From assembly GCA_043811535.1 (NCBI GenBank), contig JBDRNC010000020.1, positions 1 to 64,000 on the forward strand: DNA of 64,000 nucleotides, given 5' to 3'. This document shows, in pieces, positions 59,958-64,000 of this stretch; the stretch's first letter is position 1, and each line of letters begins with the position of its first letter. The notes below the pieces were generated by a model, which saw only the letters and a list, made by a program, of their open reading frames with translations, was not told the origin of the DNA and ran no database searches. The translations under genes were made by a program, and so were the position numbers. The DNA is from Elusimicrobiota bacterium. GTDB lineage: Bacteria > Elusimicrobiota > Endomicrobiia > Endomicrobiales > JBDRNC01.

Positions 59958-60740
59958 ATGACCTTCAATAAATACACAAAAACTGCCATAAGAGCCGCTA
60001 AAAAAGCCGGTGAAGTCCTTCTTAAATATTATAAAACCAACCTAAAAGTTGATTACAAGGGCATAATCAATCCTGTTACGGAAGCAGACCGTTCCTCCCA
60101 GCGCGCTATCATTGAATTGATAAGAAAAGAATTTCCCGGCCACACGTTCGTGGGTGAGGAAGATGAGAAAAAACACGTCTGTGATGAATACTGCTGGATC
60201 ATAGACCCGCTGGACGGGACGGTCAACTTTATACATCATATTCCACTATTCTCCATATCTATAGGATTAAGCCATAACGGAAAGATAATCGCGGGGGTCG
60301 TTTACGCGCCGTTTTTAGGAGAGATGTATGTAGCTGAAAAGGGCAAAGGAGCATTTGTAAACGGAAAGAGAATAAAGGTTTCAAATATAAACAGGATGGT
60401 AAGATCGGTAGTCATTACCGGTTTTTCGTACGATATACATAAAGACACCGAAAACGTTCTTAAAAGACTCGGCAGGATACTCAAGTCAGTCGAAGGAGTA
60501 CGCAGGCTTGGTTCGGCCGCGATAGACCTGGCTTACGTGGCATGCGGGCGCGCTGAAGCGTTCTGGGAAGAAGGATTGTGTCCCTGGGACGTCGCGGCCG
60601 GTTCGCTGCTTGTGGAGGAGGCCGGAGGTAAAGTCACTGATTTCGACAACGGGGATAACTATATATACGGAAGGAGCCTTGTTGCTACAAACGGGATTGT
60701 GCACAAGCATGTAATCGGGCTCCTTAAAAAAGGAGAGTAA
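59958..60740 (+). CDS. suhB: Inositol monophosphatase family protein
   Basis: VTEAD, GEE, WIIDPLDGT.NF, RRLGSAAIDL, PWDVAAG. Confidence 0.92.
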   Translation: MTFNKYTKTAIRAAKKAGEVLLKYYKTNLKVDYKGIINPVTEADRSSQRAIIELIRKEFPGHTFVGEEDEKKHVCDEYCWIIDPLDGTVNFIHHIPLFSISIGLSHNGKIIAGVVYAPFLGEMYVAEKGKGAFVNGKRIKVSNINRMVRSVVITGFSYDIHKDTENVLKRLGRILKSVEGVRRLGSAAIDLAYVACGRAEAFWEEGLCPWDVAAGSLLVEEAGGKVTDFDNGDNYIYGRSLVATNGIVHKHVIGLLKKGE

Positions 60741-60741
60741 A

Positions 60742-60927
60742 ATGAGGGTAAGCGTTAACAAGGACACATGCATCGGCTGCGGGCTTTGCGAATCAAATTG
60801 CCCGGATGTGTTTGAGATGAAAGATAACATCGCAGTCATCAAATCAGAAACAGTGGCGGCCAAAGACGAGGAATGCGCAAAGCAGATGGTCAACGATTGC
60901 CCGGTAACGTGCATATCAGTTTCATGA
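60742..60927 (+). CDS. Single-cluster ferredoxin
   Basis: CIGCGLC...CP.VF ... CPV.CI; GGAG RBS. Confidence 0.9.
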   Translation: MRVSVNKDTCIGCGLCESNCPDVFEMKDNIAVIKSETVAAKDEECAKQMVNDCPVTCISVS

Positions 60928-61559
60928 ATTCAGCATTCCGTGCCGGAGAAGTTATAACGCGACTCAGGAAGGAATACGCCGGCTCGCGCATAGCGCTGAA
61001 TTATACAACCCCGATGCAGTTGCTAGCGGCAGTTATAATGTCGGCTCAGTGTACCGATGAAAGAGTGAACATCGTTACCGCGCAGCTATTTAAGAAATAC
61101 AAGGCTGTTCAGGACTTTGCCGCGGCAGATTTGAAAGTGTTTGAGCGAGAGATACATTCAACCGGGTTTTATAGGGCAAAAGCGAAGAATATTATAAATT
61201 CGGCGAAGATGATCATTGAAAAATACGGCGGGAAGATACCCGATAGAATGGAGGAAATACTCAACCTGCCGGGTGTGGCGAGGAAAACAGCTAATATAGT
61301 GCTGGGCAACGCATACGGAGTCGTTGAAGGTATAGCTGTTGACACGCATGTAAGGCGCATTTCTCAGCGGTTAGCGCTATCCGGAAACGATGATCCCGTC
61401 AAGATTGAACAGGACCTTATGAAGATAGTGCCAAAGAAGGAATGGTTTAATTTTTCATATCTTTTGCAAAGTCTCGGAAGGGACACGTGTATTGCGCGCA
61501 ATCCCGACCATGCGGCATGTGTTTTGAGGGATATCTGTCCGTCAGCTAAAGTGTCTTGA
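60924..61559 (+). CDS. nth: Endonuclease III
   Basis: SAQCTDERVN, HhH LPGVARKTAN, VDTH; ATG 60924 overlaps the ferredoxin stop. Confidence 0.95.
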   Translation: MNSAFRAGEVITRLRKEYAGSRIALNYTTPMQLLAAVIMSAQCTDERVNIVTAQLFKKYKAVQDFAAADLKVFEREIHSTGFYRAKAKNIINSAKMIIEKYGGKIPDRMEEILNLPGVARKTANIVLGNAYGVVEGIAVDTHVRRISQRLALSGNDDPVKIEQDLMKIVPKKEWFNFSYLLQSLGRDTCIARNPDHAACVLRDICPSAKVS

Positions 61560-61625
61560 CTTGGACGTTTTGGTTTTGTAATTTCCTTGAACTTTGAATG
61601 TTGAACCTGAAACTGTCTTCAAAAG

Positions 61626-61654
61626 TTGACATAAACTGCTTGTTTTGTTAGAAT
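61626..61654 (+). promoter_or_regulatory. sigma70-type promoter
   Basis: TTGACA-17-TAGAAT, 11 nt before the ATG of the receiver protein. Confidence 0.65.
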
Positions 61655-61665
61655 AATTTAATATT

Positions 61666-62064
61666 ATGAATAAAACAAGGGTGCTTGCGGTTGACGACGA
61701 CCAGACAGTTTTGGACATTATTAAGCAAGGACTTGAAACACTGGATTATGAAGTGGATACGGCCGAGAGCGAGGCGGATGTCTGGATATCCCTTCACCGG
61801 ACACGCCCCGATATAATATTGATGGATGTCAGCATGCCCGGGCTGGACGGCATAAGTCTTTGCAAAAATATCAGGACATCTCCGGGAATGAGCGATATAC
61901 CTATTATTATGCTGACAGCTTTTTCCGATGAGAAGACTTTTCACGACGCGATGCTATTTGGGGCGACCGACTTTCTTATGAAACCGTTTGAAATATCCGA
62001 AGTTCAGAAAAAAATTGAAGACTGCCTGTCCAAGACGTCTTCACAAAAAGGAACCGGCAAATGA
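61666..62064 (+). CDS. Stand-alone response-regulator receiver (CheY-like)
   Basis: VLAVDDD, PDIILMDVSMP, IIMLTA, KPF. Confidence 0.93.
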   Translation: MNKTRVLAVDDDQTVLDIIKQGLETLDYEVDTAESEADVWISLHRTRPDIILMDVSMPGLDGISLCKNIRTSPGMSDIPIIMLTAFSDEKTFHDAMLFGATDFLMKPFEISEVQKKIEDCLSKTSSQKGTGK

Positions 62065-62357
62065 ACACAGTATTAATGACATGCGTAGTAACGCTAACGG
62101 TTGCGATCGTAGTCGCTGTCGTGTTTTTTGTAAAGACGATGATACAGGTCAGGCGCACGGCAGGCGAGGCGGAGACGCTTCTCAAAACCTTCAATTATGA
62201 AGCCGACAGGGTGAAAAGTTTCACGGAAAATGTTACGGGTTTCGTAGAAAACGCCATAAACTCCCCTTGGCTAAGGTTCGGCTCGGTTGCGAGCACGATC
62301 GTTTCCGGAATTGTCGGCGGACTGAGAAAAGGAAAGGCGAAAGCTTCAGCAGAATAA
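62061..62357 (+). CDS. DUF948/YoxC-like membrane protein
   Basis: N-terminal TM helix then coiled segment; typical partner of YtxH. Confidence 0.6.
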   Translation: MNTVLMTCVVTLTVAIVVAVVFFVKTMIQVRRTAGEAETLLKTFNYEADRVKSFTENVTGFVENAINSPWLRFGSVASTIVSGIVGGLRKGKAKASAE

Positions 62358-62388
62358 TCCGGCTTTTACAGCCGTATAAGGAGGAACT

Positions 62389-62673
62389 ATGTCAGAGAAT
62401 AATTCAGGAGAAGTGATACTTGCGTTTTTGCTAGGCGGAATTATCGGGGCAGCGGCGGGAATTCTTTACGCTCCAAAGACAGGGAAGGAAACCCGCGAAA
62501 AACTAAGGGATCTGGCAGGTGATCTTGGCGGAAAGATAGAGCATTTCGGCGAAGAGATGAAATCTAAGGCGGAAGGCATTGTTTCGGAAGGCAAAGAGAA
62601 AGTGGTAGCCCAGAAGCAGCGTATTGAATCGGCTTTTGAGGCAGGCAAAAAAGCTTACGAAAATAAAGCCTGA
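62389..62673 (+). CDS. YtxH-domain protein
   Basis: FLLGGIIGAAAGILYAPKTGKETR. Confidence 0.9.
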   Translation: MSENNSGEVILAFLLGGIIGAAAGILYAPKTGKETREKLRDLAGDLGGKIEHFGEEMKSKAEGIVSEGKEKVVAQKQRIESAFEAGKKAYENKA

Positions 62674-62686
62674 ATACATATAGTGT

Positions 62687-62759
62687 GCTGGGGTAGCTCA
62701 GTCGGTAGAGCACAGGTCTGAAAAACCTGGTGTCGACAGTTCGATTCTGTCCCCCAGCA
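62687..62759 (+). tRNA. tRNA-Phe(GAA)
   Basis: Cloverleaf, anticodon arm CAGGT-CTGAAAA-ACCTG. Confidence 0.95.
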
Positions 62760-62863
62760 TTTTTAACAACGTTTACACAGATTTAAGAGAGGAGATTTCA
62801 CAGATTACGATAAACAAAATATCTGTGTAATCTATTTTTAGAATCTGTGTAATCGCATTTATT

Positions 62864-62935
62864 GCCGAGGTAGCTCAGCGGTAGAGCAATGGTTTCGTAA
62901 ACCATAGGCCGTGGGTTCAAATCCCATCCTCGGCT
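62864..62935 (+). tRNA. tRNA-Thr(CGT)
   Basis: Cloverleaf, anticodon arm ATGGT-TTCGTAA-ACCAT. Confidence 0.95.
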
Positions 62936-63198
62936 GTTAACTGCAGTTGGAAGTGGGAAGTTGGAAGACGGAAGTAAAAACAGGGACAACAAGGCATAAA
63001 CTGGGATTTGAAGCCGACCTGAGCGCGGCCGAAGAGGCCGAACAAAGCGAAGGCGGCCGGCTTTGAAGGAGTCCCGCCAGGGACGGGTGAAAAGAAATCC
63101 CATCCTCGGCTGTTAACTGCAGTTGGAAGTGGGAAGTTGGAAGACGGAAGTAAAAACAGGGACAACAAGGCATAAACTGGGATTTGAAGCCGACCTGA
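62919..63198 (+). repeat. 104-bp direct repeat beginning in the T-loop of tRNA-Thr
   Basis: 62919-63022 is identical by eye to 63095-63198, separated by a 72-nt GC-rich spacer. Confidence 0.9.
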
Positions 63199-63278
63199 TA
63201 ACGACAGTGGCTCGGGACTAGTATCTCGGGACTCGGAAGACAAAAATCAGCACTACCTTGAACGAGATACGGACTTTC

Positions 63279-64000
63279 ATGATATTTAATAAAAACGCAT
63301 TAGTTGCCTTAGCAATATTGTTCCTCGTTGGCGGATTTGTTGAAGCTTCATCGCCGGGGACAAGCGCATTCTCTTTCCTTAAGATAAATCCGGCGGCGCG
63401 CAGCGTAGGGATGGGGGAGCTTACTTGCGTCATTGCGGCGCAGAATTCCATTTTAAATCCCGCCATTCTTCCTTGGATTGAAAATTCACAGTTATCTTTC
63501 CAGCACATCAAATACCTGCAGGATACGAGCTACAGCCTTATCGGATACGTGCATACATTTCCGAACGAAGCGGCAATGAATGTTTCGGTCGGAATGCTGG
63601 GCGTCAAGGGCCTGACAAAAACCGAATATTCGGCGACTTCGGCCGAAGGTTATATAGAAAACGGAGAATTCGTTTTTGGCGATAAACTTATCAATATCGG
63701 CTACGGGTTCAGGGTGTCCAGGGACGTATCATTTGGCGGTTCATTGAAATACGTGCAGGAGACAATTGAAACCAATTCCGTCGGCTCCGCCTTGTTTTCA
63801 TTCGGCGGTTTTTATTTCCCATGGGCGACTGACTGGCAAATCAGTTTCGGCTGTTCAAATTTGGGCACTAAGGTCAAGGGTTTCGAGCCGCCGACGGCGC
63901 TGTTCGCCGGTGCCGGAAAACAGCTTTACCCGTACCTGTTCTGGGGCGTTGAAGGAATTAGCTATTTCGATCAGGTCACGGAAATCAGGACCGGCGTAGA
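63279..64000 (+). CDS. PorV/PorQ-family outer-membrane protein (runs off the window end)
   Basis: Manual translation MIFNKNALVALAILFLVGGFVEASSPGTSAFSFLKINPAARSVGMGE..NPA..; not in the ORF track, and no in-frame stop was noticed before the window end. Confidence 0.8.
   Translation, partial: MIFNKNALVALAILFLVGGFVEASSPGTSAFSFLKINPAARSVGMGELTCVIAAQNSILNPAILPWIENSQLSFQHIKYLQDTSYSLIGYVHTFPNEAAMNVSVGMLGVKGLTKTEYSATSAEGYIENGEFVFGDKLINIGYGFRVSRDVSFGGSLKYVQETIETNSVGSALFSFGGFYFPWATDWQISFGCSNLGTKVKGFEPPTALFAGAGKQLYPYLFWGVEGISYFDQVTEIRTGV

Noticed and set aside
62798..63243. Minus-strand ORFs with internally repeated peptides
   Set aside because: Artefacts of the 104-bp direct repeat and of the antisense strand of tRNA-Thr

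Overview
Chromosomal window from a diderm bacterium; OmpA, PorV-like barrels and lipoproteins are present, and Elusimicrobiota-like is only a guess. Essentially all real genes are on the + strand. (1) 1-3.4 kb: the 3' end of a group II intron, then an AT-rich SPARTA defence pair (TIR-APAZ plus short prokaryotic Argonaute). (2) 3.6-40.6 kb: a tRNA-flanked ~36-kb nucleotide-biosynthesis supercluster (purA, carA, two carB, nrdR-nrdJ, dcd, guaB-guaA, DUF47-pit, purCSLQFDE, pyrRBCKDFE, purMNB). (3) 40.7-53.8 kb: a PocR-AraC regulator followed by three clan GH-A hydrolases, a PorV-like barrel, a barrel-Ig-OmpA fusion and several CBM-like (lipo)proteins, i.e. a glycan locus without SusC/SusD. (4) 53.9-59.6 kb: a c-di-GMP-I riboswitch-led operon with fimbria-like architecture (subunit, two chaperone-like proteins, lectin+subunit-domain 'tip', T9SS-type CTD protein, PorV-like barrel) but no usher. 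(5) 59.8-64 kb: tRNAs, suhB, ferredoxin, nth, small proteins and a truncated PorV-like gene. The most unusual signals are non-coding. Partial tRNA-Lys and tRNA-Val copies have the anticodon arm precisely replaced by the same GGCCGA-N4-TCGGCC hairpin. The dcd C-terminus has a synonymously recoded duplicate behind a hairpin. Pervasive 7/8/9-mer tandem-repeat hairpins also invade essential ORFs in frame. All calls come from reading motifs by eye; no searches were run.
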